Origin: the human T2T-CHM13v2.0 reference genome, Homo sapiens
Assembly: GCF_009914755.1 (NCBI RefSeq)
Contig: NC_060932.1
Strand: one strand, 5' to 3'
Length of the DNA stretch: 64,000 nucleotides
Part shown: positions 1 to 13,494 of the stretch, piece after piece
How the letters are laid out: every line of letters begins with the position of its first letter
How positions within the stretch are numbered: position 1 is the first letter of the stretch
The notes under the pieces: model-generated
Told to the model about the DNA's origin: nothing
Seen by the model: the letters and a program-made list of their open reading frames with translations, nothing else
The model's database searches: none
Made by a program: the position numbers and the translations under genes

Positions 1-9
1 ATTTAGGTC

Positions 10-290
10 TTTTTGTATTTATTTAGAGATGATGTCTCACTGTCATCCAGGTTGGAATGCAGTAGTTTGATAACAGCTCAGTGCAGCCTCGAACTTCTGA
101 GTGCAAGTGGTCCAATCACCTCAGTCTCCTGAGTAGTGGGGGCTACAGGTATGTGCCACCATGCCTCACTAATTTTTTAAGCTTTCTGTATATACAAGGT
201 CTTCCCATGTTGTCCATCATGGTCTCAAGAGATTTTCCTGCCTCAGCCTCCAGAGTAGCTGGGATTGCAGTACTGAGTCACCATGTCAAC
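10..290 (-). mobile_element. Old, diverged Alu (AluJ-like)
   Basis: Antisense Alu motifs: tctcactgtcatccaggttggaatgcagt, cctcagtctcctgagtag, cctgcctcagcctccagagtagctgggatt. Confidence 0.85.
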
Positions 291-2166
291 TCCAATATTT
301 GACATTTGAAAGAGTAATTTTTCAAACATATACCAGAAGAGACATAAAAAATTAGAACTTTCTTTCTTCTTCTAAGATGCAGTTTTGAATGTGTAAAGAC
401 TCATAGACCAGAGGAATTCCAGTATCTTAGCTATTCTGTTATGTAAATTACATTATTAAAAATTATTGTATTTCTGAAAAAGTTTAATGTTAGTTGTGGA
501 ATAATAGTACTCTATTAATGTCGCTATGGAATAATTTTAGATGTCTTAACAAGATATCAACTAGAACATTTTATGACTGACAATCTTAGAAATAGCACAA
601 TTTTTATTTTTTAATATATAAACCAATATTTATAACTACTTGTGTAGTTAATATTATATCACAATGTAATGCTTCATCTTTCCAAAATAATGTTCTCTCA
701 TATGTATGTGAGCTCTGTATTTACAGTAAGCAGTGTCATTAAGTAACTTAAAATTTAAAAAACTGAAATATAAATTTATTACCTTCCTTTTATTATACAA
801 TATATGTTTTAATTTAAATAAATGGAAACACACCACAGAACTGGTAAAAATATGTGAAGAGTTGAAGACCCTTGTCTCAAAATTTTGATTGTGTAACATG
901 AAGAATACATTATGAATTTACCAAACAAATAATTTTGTCTGATTATGTAGCAATGATAGATGAGAGATAAAGAGGTCAAGATAGATTTTTACAGTTTGCT
1001 TAGAGTGAATAAAAAGATAAATAGAAGGAAGAAAAGAGAGAGAAATAAAAGAAACACAGCTGAAATTCTGAACTTGCTTCATTGGCTTGTCAAATATATT
1101 TATGTCTGATAATCTTGGTCCAGATAAGCAGCTTCATTGTGTTAGGGATAGTATTATGTACTTCAGCAATATCTGATAGTTTCAAAGACCTATTACCAAA
1201 TGATGAACGTTGGAGCATACATTTAGATTTAATTTGTTAATTTCACATTTTATAACAAAAATTTACGTGAAATAAAATACAAACTCTTATACAAATGTAC
1301 ATACATTTACCTTTATACAAACATAAACATATATGCCTAAAAATCTTCAGATAGTTCTACTCCAAGTGGTTGTAAAAAGGCCATAAAAATTTAATTAAAA
1401 GTGACCTATGTATAAGGCATATTGAATAATATATTTTGTGATATAAAGTGAGGTTGAAATAAGCAAAGAGGCAATATTGAAGGAATTTGATCTCAATAAT
1501 AATTATTGAATTTAATTTTATTGATGAAATTTTTTCTGTTTCTCTTCATTCTGATGTGATATTTTCAGATTATGCTTGGGTATTATGTTTTATAATTGTA
1601 AAACTTAAGAAAATAATATATTAATATAAAAATAAATATATCAATGTGTATTTCTACATGTTAAATGCAAATCTTAAGATATCTGTAATAGAGCTAAATA
1701 GAATACTTAAAAATACTATAAGCTAAATCTATTAGAAGGAATTACAATTATCATAAGTCACAAAATAAGTAAAACAATAACAAAAAATAGTATATTTAAA
1801 TTTTAAAATGTAGTAATATCTTGTAATTTTTCTGAACTTCATAACCAAAGAAATTGACCATAATTCTAATATTATATATGACTATTTTATTGTCTATTAT
1901 TGAAGTGTTCACATTTCTGAGCAGCTACTACGATGTTTTAATATAGTTTCTTTGGGGAGTGATTTGATCATTAGTCTTAAGTAAGTGGTCAAAAAATATA
2001 TATATTCAAATTATTAGTATCTTTTTAATAATATCACTGAAATTATGTTTGAGTAATCGCAAATTATTATATTGTTTATTCATGGCTCACCTGGCCATTT
2101 ATTAAGTAATTAATTTTACATTAATCCATAGACTCAATAGGTATTTATTGTGCCTCTCCCATTCTA

Positions 2167-2569
<403 letters not shown>

Positions 2570-3003
2570 CTAAATATGATAGAAACAAAGAAAATTATTT
2601 ACTAGAATGAATTAGGTAATTTAGAAAAAGCTATCTCTTGATAAGAATGTTAATAAAAACAAATTTCCAAACATAGAAATTTTTATTGTTTTTTCAGTTA
2701 GAAGTGAAAAACTTTCTTTTTAGATTAACATATTATTAGAGAGAGTGAGATAGAGTTTGGGTAAGTAAATGTTACCATATTTGGAAAGTGTTAGTATTAA
2801 GCCAAGTAATTTGGAATAAATGTGGTAGGCAAGGCAGAAACTGCATTATGAAAATGCATTAGAAATATTATCTGGCAGTTCAAAAATTAAAATTGTGAAA
2901 AGATGCTGTCTTCAAATGTATCAATCTGGAAGTTGAACCAAAACCACGTTTGAACTAACAGTGAAAAACTTACTTTAGAAAAAGTAGAAATAAATTCTAA
3001 GAG

Positions 3004-4356
3004 GCTGTGCAGAGTTTTTTAGCTTGATGTAATCCTATTTGTCATTTTTTGCTTTGCTTGCTTGTACTTTTGAGGTCTTATTCTAGAAATATTTGCCCAG
3101 ACCAGTGTCCAGTAGTGTTTTCTGAATGTCTTATTCTAGCAATTAAAAGTAGCAGGTCTTAAATTTAGGTATTTAATCCATTTTTATTTTTTTTCATATG
3201 GTGGGAGACAGGGGTTTCCAGCTAGAAAGCTTCTTCAGAGTAAACGAAACAATCGAAAAAATGAAGAAACAACCTACAGGATGAGAGAAGATATATTTGC
3301 AAACTATTCATTCAACAAGGGATTCATAACTTGAGTATATAAGAAGCTCAAACAACTCAATAATGAAACAAATAATCCAATTAAAAATGGGCAAAATAAT
3401 TGAACAGATATTTCTCAAAACAAGACGTACAAAGGGACGACTAGTATATAAAAAAAGCTCAACATCACTAATCATCTTGGAAATGAAAATCAAAACTACA
3501 ATGCAATATCATGTCAACCTGGTTAAATTGGCTATCATCAAAAACACAGAAAATAACAAATGCTGGCAAGAATGCAGTGAAAGAACGCTTGTACACTGTT
3601 AGTGGGAATATAAATTAGTACAGCGACCACGGAAAACAGTATGGAGGTTCATCAGGAAACTAAAAATAGAACTACCATATCATCCAGCAATTCTACTGCT
3701 GGGTATATATCCAAAATAAAGAAAATCAGTATATCAAGGACATAGCTGCACTCCCAAGTTTATTGAAGCACTATTCACAAAATCCAAGATATGGAGTCAA
3801 CCTGTGTCCATCAATGGATGACTGGATAAAAAAAAATAGTATATACACATACAATGGAATACTATTCAGCCTTAAAAAAAGAAACGAATCCTGTAATTTG
3901 AAGCAATATTAATGAAACTAGAGGACATTATATTAAGTGACATAATCAGAGCATAGAAAGACAAAAATCACGTGTTTTCATTCATATGTGGGAGCTAAAA
4001 TATTTGATCTCATGAAGGCAGTGTGTAGAATGGTGGTTACCAGAGCTGGAAATAGCAGTGGGGAGGGGTGGATGAAGGACTTGGTTGATGGGTACAAAAA
4101 TACTATTAGATAGAAGAAATAAGTTATAGTGTTTGATAGAACAATAGGGTGACCACAGTCAACGATAATTTATTGTGTAATTCAAAATAGCTAGAGAAGA
4201 AGATTTAGCATGCTCCTAATACAAAGGAATGATAAATGTTTGAGATAATGAATATCACGATTACCCAGATTTAATTATTGCACATTGTATGTTTGTATCA
4301 AAATAACACATGTACCCATAAATATGTACAACTATTATGTGTATAAAAATTAAAAA
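3004..4356 (+). mobile_element. L1MA-type LINE-1 3' end with inverted 5' segment (3004-3219 antisense, 3220-4356 sense)
   Basis: ORF2 C-terminal sequence (ORF 3363..3602: STSLIILEMKIKTTMQYH...NNKCWQEC) followed by an L1MA 3' UTR and A-rich tail. 3004-3219 is adjacent ORF2 sequence in reverse orientation. Confidence 0.9.
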
Positions 4357-7300
4357 TAGAAAAATTATAAGGAGAAAAATTGGTGACGATTTAAAATAAA
4401 CAAATTCAAACATAGTAATACATTGAATGTAGGCAATCAAAGATAGAATATTATCAAATATAGCACCACAACCCCTATAGCAAATATTTTATGAATATTT
4501 ACTGTGAATTTTCATTAATTAGTACAACCTCCAACAGTATTACTACTATGCTCTGTATTTAAGTTTTAGTTGCCAATTAATGTCTCTGTAGGAAACTGGA
4601 CAATCTATGTATTATTCATCATTTTGATAATAAATTTTATATACAATATTTGAGGAAAGTGAGGAAATGGAAACTGATATTCATTTTTTCTACTACGTGC
4701 CATGGAGTTGGTTAAGTGTTTTAAATGAATATCAATTAAAACCATATGAAGTAAGTGTATTCATCTACTTTAAGGAAGGAGAAAAGCTTGGTTTAAAGGG
4801 AATGTTAATAAAATATATTTTACTCCAAATTCAGTTGTGCTTTCTTGTCACTGTACACTCAAAGTGTCTGCATCTACTGCTCTATATCAGTCATCGATGA
4901 TTCATGCAAGAGGAATGGATATGTCACTATCGGGAGCAGAAATGACTCAGAAAGAAATAAATGAGAGGACAAAGATCAAAGTTATTGAGAGAAAAAATAA
5001 AAATCTCCCTAGGAGATTGTTTGCTGTCACTAGTAGAAAAAGACCCAACTACATTATTCTTTAACCCTGAATCCACCTGTATTTTCAGCTACAATATGAA
5101 AGCCTGTAATCTGCAACTCTGTTTTGTGCTATACAGCTGAGAAATATGCTGCTGAAAAGTAACAACCTTCTTTTTTCTATAAAAGGTCACTTTTAGTAAT
5201 GGACATTAGCATAATCTTCTAAAAACACTAAGGGGAATGGTTATATAACTTGAAGATTGCAGCAAAGAGGTATATAAAATATGCAACATAAATAGGGAAA
5301 CAATTTCAGCCTCAAGTCACCCAGTGTATCTTTACTTTAACAACTCAGAAGATAGCTGGAGGTTTTTTAAAAAGAAACTAAAAATGATGTTTAATCGGTG
5401 TGGCTGGAAGCTACATGGGAATTATCTGTGCTTGTCAAAGACACAATACTCTTCAGTGTTTCAACTGTATAGGCCCATTCTGAATAGGTGATTCAATCTT
5501 GCTTTATAATTTAAGATATTGTGCATAGGTTTTATGAAAAAAAAATGTATTGGAACATTAAGGAAGTGTGATCTTCATACCCCTAACGAGAAATGAATCA
5601 AGTGTTATTGCTATCAATCACCTTGCTTACTGAGATAGTGGCCATGACATATCACCCTGGAAAAAGGGTGCTGTGCAAGATTGTCTATCAGTGAGCTTCA
5701 TTCCATCTGCCTCTAGTCTTTACTTTTCAGCTATCTGAAAGTAAGAGAAAATTCTCCAGCAAAGGCCTAAAAAATTCAGTGGCGGTAATGTCTAATTTTC
5801 CCTTAAAAAAATCACTTTCTGTAGAATGTATAAGAAGATTGCTTGTAATATTGTTTGATTTCTGTCCTTTGATATCACGAAACTTTCTCACATTGCCACA
5901 TGAAATAAATTAATTTATAACATAGGAAAGTAATTCCTCTGGTAGCAGGCTATTGTTTTTCAAAAACTTGATATTTAAGTCAAAGTGGTAATTCATATAT
6001 GTGTATAATAGAAAGTACACTTATTTAACTGTATTTGGAACTATGACCAGATAGAGCCCTAGGAATTAATTAATTGTTTCTTAAAAATTTGATTGACTTA
6101 ATAATATGATTTGAAGTAAATGAATTCTTTAAGTATAATGAAAGAAATTAAAGGACACAAATAGTTGGGGTTATAATTAGTCTCAGTGAAAACAGGACAT
6201 TTCAAGTGTAAGAACAAAGTGATAATAAATAAAATGATTAAATATGATAAGAAAATAATTTTAAAATTCCACATAATATAAATATAAACAAAATTGAAAG
6301 TCAGAATGTTAAAATTCACACATAGTGTACTTTGAAACATCAGTAATTAAAAAAATAGTCCAGATATTAAAGGTCTTAAGTAGGCAATTTTCAAAAGTTG
6401 ACATAAGTATATAATCAGTAATTATCCATTCATCCACTTCTGCCAGTCCAGTTATTAAGCCACTTGCTCAGCAAACGTCTACTGAGTCTCTAGTATGTTT
6501 CAGGAAATAAGCACAGAAACACATTTATCCTCATTTGTAATGACTGAAATAAAAATTTTAAGTAAAATAATGAAGCATATTATAATACACTATTGTAAAA
6601 TGAAAATGCAATGAAACCTGAATAAGCTGAAACATGAAACCAGGTTTCATTTAAGAGGGAACACATGGACATTTTCACAAAAAATTTCATGGAAATCTAC
6701 ATTGCTGCAACATTTCTTCAGAAAAGGGAAATCACCACATTGTGTTTCATCTTAAAGAACCAAGTGTTCAGCTTAATTTATAGAATATGTACAATAGATT
6801 TCCATAGCCCAACTTTACTCTGTCATGTTGTCACTTTTCTACGTTGCTTCTTGGATAGTGTTTTAATATGACGATAAAATGTTCTTGGGCAAAAAGCAAT
6901 TCAGATACCATTGATTTTTACCCATCAAGTTAAGTCATTATTTCTCATGGGATGCATCAGGTCATTTGGAACATTCTGCTTGATGGCTCCATCTCAGTCT
7001 GGAATCTCAGGCATTTGAAAGGTAATTCTAAGTTAGTCAAATAATATTTCTCTTGTTAAATAAATTATTACCTTGGCTGCCTAACAGGAAAAAAAAATCC
7101 CCCCTTAATGTCCAATTACCCCCTTAAAACAAACACATGAATAAACCTATTTTGTAAGTGAATAGGTTGAAACATTGTTATTTGTTCAGCTTAGGCAAGA
7201 TCTGAATACATTTCCATTTATATAAATCCTGAAGCAGAAATTTTAATGATGGTAGTTAAATTCCTATTTATACCTCTATTGTCAGGACAAATGATTGTGT

Positions 7301-7734
7301 TTTACATGTGATCCTGCATTTAATTAACAGCCATTTTCTTAATTATGTGTATTTGCATATGAGAGTATTTGCTCAGATGCATCTGAACATGAAATATGTT
7401 GTTTTTGAAATTTTGAAAAGCAGCTTACAAAACAACTTAAGTTTATTAATTTTCCCTAGCACAATTAATACTTATTAAAAGTAAGTAGTGATCAAAATAA
7501 GTTATAAAGTCAAATTTTTTTTTATTTGTTTGTTCCAAGAAACAAACTTGAGATTCATTAAGCAAGAAAAAAAAATCATTAGAAGTTTACCAGGCTAAAT
7601 ATAAGAGAGTATTCTGACCACCAAAAATATGGAAATGAGGAACCTGGTCTTGACTGCAGAAAGCCACTCTTTCAGGCTCTTCTGCAGTCTGGTGCCAAAA
7701 TTTCATTCTCCATGTCTTTCTCAGTAGTCTGAAC

Positions 7735-8040
7735 TTTTTTTTTTTTTTTTTTTTTTTTGAGACAGAGTCTTGCTCTGTCACCCAGGCTGGAGTGCAGTGG
7801 CGCAATCTTGGCTCACTGCAACCTCCGCCTCCTGGGTTCAAGCGATTCTACTGCCTCAGCCCCCTGAGTAGCTGAGATTACAGGCGTGCGCCACCACTCC
7901 TGGCTAATTTTTTTGTATTTTTAGTACAGACGGGGTTTCACCATGTTGGTCAGGCTGGTCTCGAACTCCTGACCTTGTGATCCGCCCGCCTTTGCCTCCC
8001 AGAGTGCTGGGATTACAGGCGTGAGCCACCACACCAGGCC
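7735..8040 (-). mobile_element. Full-length AluS with perfect 16-bp TSD
   Basis: Poly-T followed by antisense Alu ending ggcc; TSD AGTAGTCTGAACTTTT at 7723-7738 and 8041-8056. Confidence 0.96.
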
Positions 8041-8709
8041 AGTAGTCTGAACTTTTCACATGGTGAAAAACTACCTGCCACGTTTAAATAATCATGCTTT
8101 AAAAGTATACTCAGAAGAAACTAGAATCTCTCCCAATTTCAAATCACTAGAACATGAACCAGTATTCCTGTTTTCAACAGGTATCCCCTCCTGTTATCAT
8201 AAGCCATAGCCAGACAGTGGGACAGATCAAGGAGTACAAACATGGTTGTTTTCACCCAGTCTTGAGAGAGGGCAGTCCTCAGAGCAGGAGTGATTATTTC
8301 AGCAGATCATCCACTGCCAAGTGTTTTGTTTGGTATCTACTGTATGATTACAGTCAGAGAAAATTGGAAGTATGTGTAACAAATGTTAACATTGCTTTAT
8401 GAATCGTTTGTTTTTCCTCTCTGACTCCCACTTTCCTTTTATAATGATTTGAAAGTACTAAGTATGGGGACGATAAAAAGCTGAAGATTTATTTATTTTT
8501 AAATACAGGTCATTTTGGTTGAATTTTAGTTTTGCTTTCATTATGTCATCTATATGATCAAATCGTGCCATTAATTCTGAATGAGAGTAGAGCCGAGAGG
8601 ACTAAAGGGAGGCTGGAGGAAAATGGCAAAGAAAATCTGTAAGCCAGTTTGACATTGCCTATTGAATGGCTTCAACTTGGCTGATATGTACGTCTCAGGT
8701 TCTAAATTT

Positions 8710-8954
8710 GTTTTTATTATTATTATTATTATTTCAATTGATTTTTGGAGAAACAGGTGGTGTTTTGTTACACGGATAAGTTTTTTAGTGGGGATTTCGG
8801 AGATTTTGGTGCACTCATCAGTCGAACAATGTACACGGTACACAATACGTAGTCTGTTATCTCTCACACTGCTCTCACCCTTCCCTCAAAGACCCCAAAG
8901 TCTGTTGTATTGTTTCTATGCCTTTGCATCCTGATAGTTTAGCTTCCACTTATA
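8710..8954 (-). mobile_element. Short 5'-truncated L1PB-type 3' end with 13-bp TSD
   Basis: Antisense L1PB 3' UTR (tttttggagaaacaggtggtgttttgttacacggataag...cctttgcatcctgatagtttagcttccactta); TSD AGGTTCTAAATTT at 8697-8709 and 8955-8967. Confidence 0.88.
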
Positions 8955-9120
8955 AGGTTCTAAATTTTAATCCTGTTTTGGGCATGAATGCTGCATATTT
9001 AAAATGCCCAAGAAATAGCTATATTTCCTTCTAACTAAAGGTCCTTAAAATTAACCGGGAAGACCATTGGCTAAGTGAATAATTATTCATGCTTTGGAAA
9101 GTTTTTCTTCTCATCATTAT

Positions 9121-9190
9121 GAGACTTTTTATGCTCAATCATTAAATTGTAAAAATTTGGAGACTTTTTATGCTCAATCATTAAATTGTA
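9121..9190. repeat. Perfect 31-bp direct duplication, period 39
   Basis: gagactttttatgctcaatcattaaattgta at 9121-9151 and 9160-9190. Confidence 0.95.
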
Positions 9191-11621
9191 GCATAACAAT
9201 ATTTGTGGAGAGCAGAGGTCAGTAATTCTTTCACTGTAGGTTTTTGTTGTTGTTGTTCTCATTTTTCTCCCTTCCACATGCATTCTTATCATGCTGGTGT
9301 TTTTTTCCTTTAATCCCCATTAGGAAGAAAGAAGCTTAATACCACAATAAACAGTGAAAAACAAGGGCTAAAAAACATGTATCTTCTCAAACTTTATTTT
9401 TGAGACACAGAAAGTATTTTAGTTACTTCTTAATCAGTTTCACATTGATGTAGTCAACTGCTGACAGTGAGAACCAATCTGTTTGAGGCTAGTGTTGACA
9501 TATTTATAAATATATCTGCCTAAACTAGAAAGAGATAGATGCTCCCACACAATTTCTACCTTTCTACCTTATTCGTGTATGTTTTTTAAAGTGAGCAAAT
9601 ATATTTGCTTTTCTGTTTACTTTTGAGATTGTAAAACTACTTTTTTCTATGCTATGTGAATAGATGACCTATTTATATATAGTCATAGGTAAATAGTGTT
9701 TGCCTCTATGTGTTCCTCCCATCCACTGGCTATGGAGACCTATTTCTCCATTTACTAATATATTCACTGTGAAGGTCTGGTGTTTTATCCTAATAATCTA
9801 CAGGTCTGATGTTCAGATTGTTTTAAAATAAAATCAAGGGTCTACTGCTACATGACACTTTTGTAGAAGGCTTAATAATGTAAGCACTATGCAGCATTTA
9901 TGTTTGATCTACATATCATACTCATATGGGCAGGCTTGTGTGAAAAAAATCTCAAACAGCTTAGTGCAACCTACAAATTCAGCTCTTTTTCTGGCCTCTT
10001 TCATTTTCCCCTTTTCGTGTTTCCTTCCACTGGTCCTCATGCTCCACTTATTTTTTGTCTTTCTTCCTGGTCTGTGTTTAAATAAAAATGTAGTAACTAT
10101 TTTTGAATCCAAATTGCTAGTCCGATAATTTGACCATGTGAAAAATATATTGATCTTCCTTTGGATTATTAGTCTACAAGATTAACCTTTAGAATTTTTC
10201 ACTGATTTAAGAATATTACTAATATGCTTAAAGCTTGTATATCAGAAAAAAATGAGACCCTGGAAGACTAGCTAAATGAAGCAAAGATTAACAAATGAAT
10301 GATTTCGATTTTAGTCTGTTGTGCATTTTTAGTACTCTGAAAAACTTTACTTTCTTGTAATTTTATAATAAAATCACAACGTTCTCACAGTAATTAAATT
10401 TCAATAGTTTATAATTCTGAAACCAAAATGAATATCCATAGAGTAAACAACATATGGGTTAATTTTGATTATTGATACATTAAATGCATGATAAGAGTAA
10501 TTTTGTTATTTGGCTAACATTATAGGTTTTATTATCTCTCATAAATACTGAAAGCTTAAAAATGTAAAGGAAGTAACAGCAAATAGTTCAAATGAAAAAA
10601 AATTATAGCAAAGCCCCTGTTTTAGTTGCATAGCAACTTACAAAAGTAACAAAAAGAGAAAGTAAATTTTTTGAAATCACAAGTTTTTAAAGCAAGACAG
10701 GAGACATGCAAAAGAAAAATGTCATCTTTTCAGATACATTAAAATGTCAAGATAACACAATTTGAGAAAATAGAATACTTACATAAACCTGTAATACATA
10801 TTCGATAGACAATAAGTCCAATAGTCATATTTTATTCATTTGAATATGAAATAAAAATGTAGAATTTCAGTTTATAGTAGGAAATGTAAATGTTTCTAAA
10901 TGCTATAATATACCAAGTATAACTAATAAAATAGATACAATGATAATAAAGAGAAAATTCAATAATGCCAGATATAATGTTACTTTTACTTTGTTCTATT
11001 TTATTATTTTTATTGTTCTCTCCCTGCCCCCCAGATCTAAAGGTATGGTATTCACTATATGAGGAAAAATTATGACTTAGTATCAATAAAACCTTTATGA
11101 AATATCAAAGATGACTTTTTTAAATATTTGCAATGATGGCCAATAAGCATAAATATATGTTGCAAGTTTTCAACAAATCTAACTCAAGGACCTGTTTAGA
11201 AAGGTATATTTCTTTATAGAAATTTGAAAGAAAAAGTTTTATTTTTTAAAACATGGCACACTAATGTTATAGATCTTCTGAAAAATAAGCATTGACTCTT
11301 CTAGTATGTGGAAGACATTATCATATGAGAATAACTGCTGTTTTAATGATTTATGTTGCAGACATAAAAATAAAATGTTAGTTTTATTAGAGATCACTGA
11401 GGTAGGCAAGATTAAATTTACAAATTTAAATTTGAGTTGTTTTCTTAACAAGTTATAAAACAGAATAATAAACTCAATCAATTACATCAAAGACTCAGAA
11501 GAAAACATTGAAGTTAAAATGACAACAAATATAAATTACTTTGGAATAGATTAGAAAAGAAAATCACAGCACAATTCAGTAGAAATTGTTAGAAATGATG
11601 TTAGAAATCATCTAAACACAG

Positions 11622-11688
11622 TACAGAAATAAGACATAAAATATACAGAAATCAGACATAAAATATACAGAAATCAGACATAAAATAT
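11622..11688. repeat. 22-bp minisatellite, 3 copies
   Basis: Unit tacagaaatcagacataaaata starting at 11622, 11644 and 11666. Confidence 0.9.
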
Positions 11689-11879
11689 TCTCCAAAGACA
11701 TCCTAGTGATAAATAGTGATAAAAGTATTTCAAGATGCAGACAAGGTAAAAGATGAAGCCATTTCATAAAGAAGAAAATAATAATTGGCCAGTATTTAAT
11801 ATGATGAGTGTTTTTTAACTTGAAATTTTTCAAGGGCAGATAAAGAGATAGATTGGAATTTTGTTAGAAATTTGGATGC

Positions 11880-12290
11880 ATAGAGGAAGTACATGTGACA
11901 GACAAGGTAGTTGTGATAACCATAATGGGCAGTAGAGTTGAAAAACAAAGCAGAATGCTTTGATAAGCAGATATGTTTAATGTTATTGACTAATCATTCT
12001 TGGTCACCTGAGGGCTAAAATGATGGACAATCTCTCTCCAAAAGTAGTGTTACTTGATCTGTTTAAGTGGAAAATCTTTAGGTATTTTTAACAGGTGATC
12101 ACATGACATTAACCAATTGTTTGTTTTGTTTTAATAGGACCTTGCTCTGTGACACAGGCTGGAGTGCAGTGGTGCAATCATAGATCACTGTAGACTGGAA
12201 TTCCTGAGGCTCAAGAAGTCCTCTGGCCTCAGCCTCCTAAATAGTTGGAACTAAATGTGCATACCACCATGACCATCTAATTATTTTTAA

Positions 12291-12326
<36 letters not shown>

Positions 12327-12985
12327 TTTTGTAGAGAGCAGGGCTTGCTATGTTGCCCAGGCTGATCTCAAACTCCTTGGCTTTACATGACGTTTCCACC
12401 TTATCCACTCAAGATGCTGGGACTATAGGTGAGAGCTACCATGCCCAACCATCTGTTCTTAAATTCAGACTCAAAGCCTCTTTCATGGAGAAGAATACAG
12501 TAATCTGAAGAATAATCCTGCTATGATGCTGAAATTTGTATTTAAGTGTTTCTTTTGGTCTTTTCCAAGTGACCTGAAATCATTTACTAGTATAACTAAG
12601 CACTGGGAAAAAGGGAAACATAATTTTATGGAACTGTGGGCAGTGGTTCAGAATTAACACTAATTCCTGAATCCTCAAAAGTCATTGGGATTAACCAATT
12701 AGAAAACTGCCAAAGTCAGAAGATTAATTGAATTTTGGTTGTGGTTTGTCTCTCAGTGAACTCATTAGTCTCCATGTCTTCTCTGTGTCTGTGTTTCAGA
12801 CATACTCAGACCCAAACACAACCTGCACATTTTTTCCCTAACCTGTGAAGTGAGGGTTATCGTTACATGAAAGACCTAGTAGAAGCCCCTAGAATTGCCT
12901 GTATCTACCAATATAGTAAATCAAAACTAATGTCCACTTTTTGGAGATATTAAAGTGTTAAGTACCACTGTAAATAATCTTCAGT
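11880..12985 (+). mobile_element. Highly decayed ERV-L internal fragment (gag 3' end and protease region), split by an Alu
   Basis: Colinear similarity to 39060-39880 of the HERV-L in this window. Examples: catttactagtataactaagcactgggaaaaagggaaa vs ccttttaccagggtaactgtgcattggagaaagggaaa, and atagtaaatcaaaac vs attgtaaatcaaaaac. Confidence 0.75.
12118..12450 (-). mobile_element. AluJ-like element with (ATT)n expansion in the central linker
   Basis: Antisense Alu arms; (ATT)n at about 12292-12324. Confidence 0.9.
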
Positions 12986-13029
12986 AGTGGTAAATCACAT
13001 TGAATGTTAAAGTTTTGTAGTTTCAAATT

Positions 13030-13285
13030 TAACATTTATATGCTGGACAAACTTGTGTATGTTTTTTATATGGTGTGAGGTATGGATCATTTTTTGCATA
13101 TATTTACCTAATTTTTCCAACATAATCTGTTAAAAATACTATCCTTTCTCTACAGAATGGCTTTGTTCTTTGCCAAATATCAGTTTGTCAAAAATCAAAA
13201 TATATATGTATATCTATTTCTGTACTCTCTATTTTGTTATTTTGATCTAGTTGTCTTATTTGGATGCCAATATCATACTGTCTCT
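13030..13285 (-). mobile_element. Old L1M ORF2 fragment
   Basis: tatggtgtgaggtatggatc...ccaacataatctgttaaaaatactatcctttctc...gccaatatcatactgtct, typical antisense L1 ORF2. Confidence 0.7.
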
Positions 13286-13299
13286 AGAGTATTCTTTTT

Positions 13300-13484
13300 A
13301 AATAGGGAACAATAGACACAAAGGGCCTACATGAGGGCAGAGGGTGGAAGGAGAGTGAGGGTCAAAAAACTACCTATCAGATACTCTGCTTATTACTAGG
13401 GTGATAAAATAAACTGTATCCCAAACCTCTGTGACATTCAATTTACCTACATGTACCCTAGAACCTAAAATAAAGGTTAAAAGA
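13300..13484 (+). mobile_element. Older L1PA-type 3' end fragment
   Basis: gggaacaatagacac...gagggtggaaggagagtgagggtcaaaaaactacctatc...atgtaccctagaacctaaaataaag. Confidence 0.85.
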
Positions 13485-13494
13485 AGTTTAATGA

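Noticed and set aside
6610-6651. Short hairpins (aatgaaacctg...caggtttcatt; also tctaaattct-ac-agaatttaga at 35225-35246)
   Set aside because: Arms of 10-11 bp in AT-rich DNA are near chance expectation; no miRNA- or MITE-like context.
4400-7700. Repeat-poor stretch as possible exon or conserved element
   Set aside because: No ORF with credible composition or splice structure; conservation cannot be judged from a single sequence.
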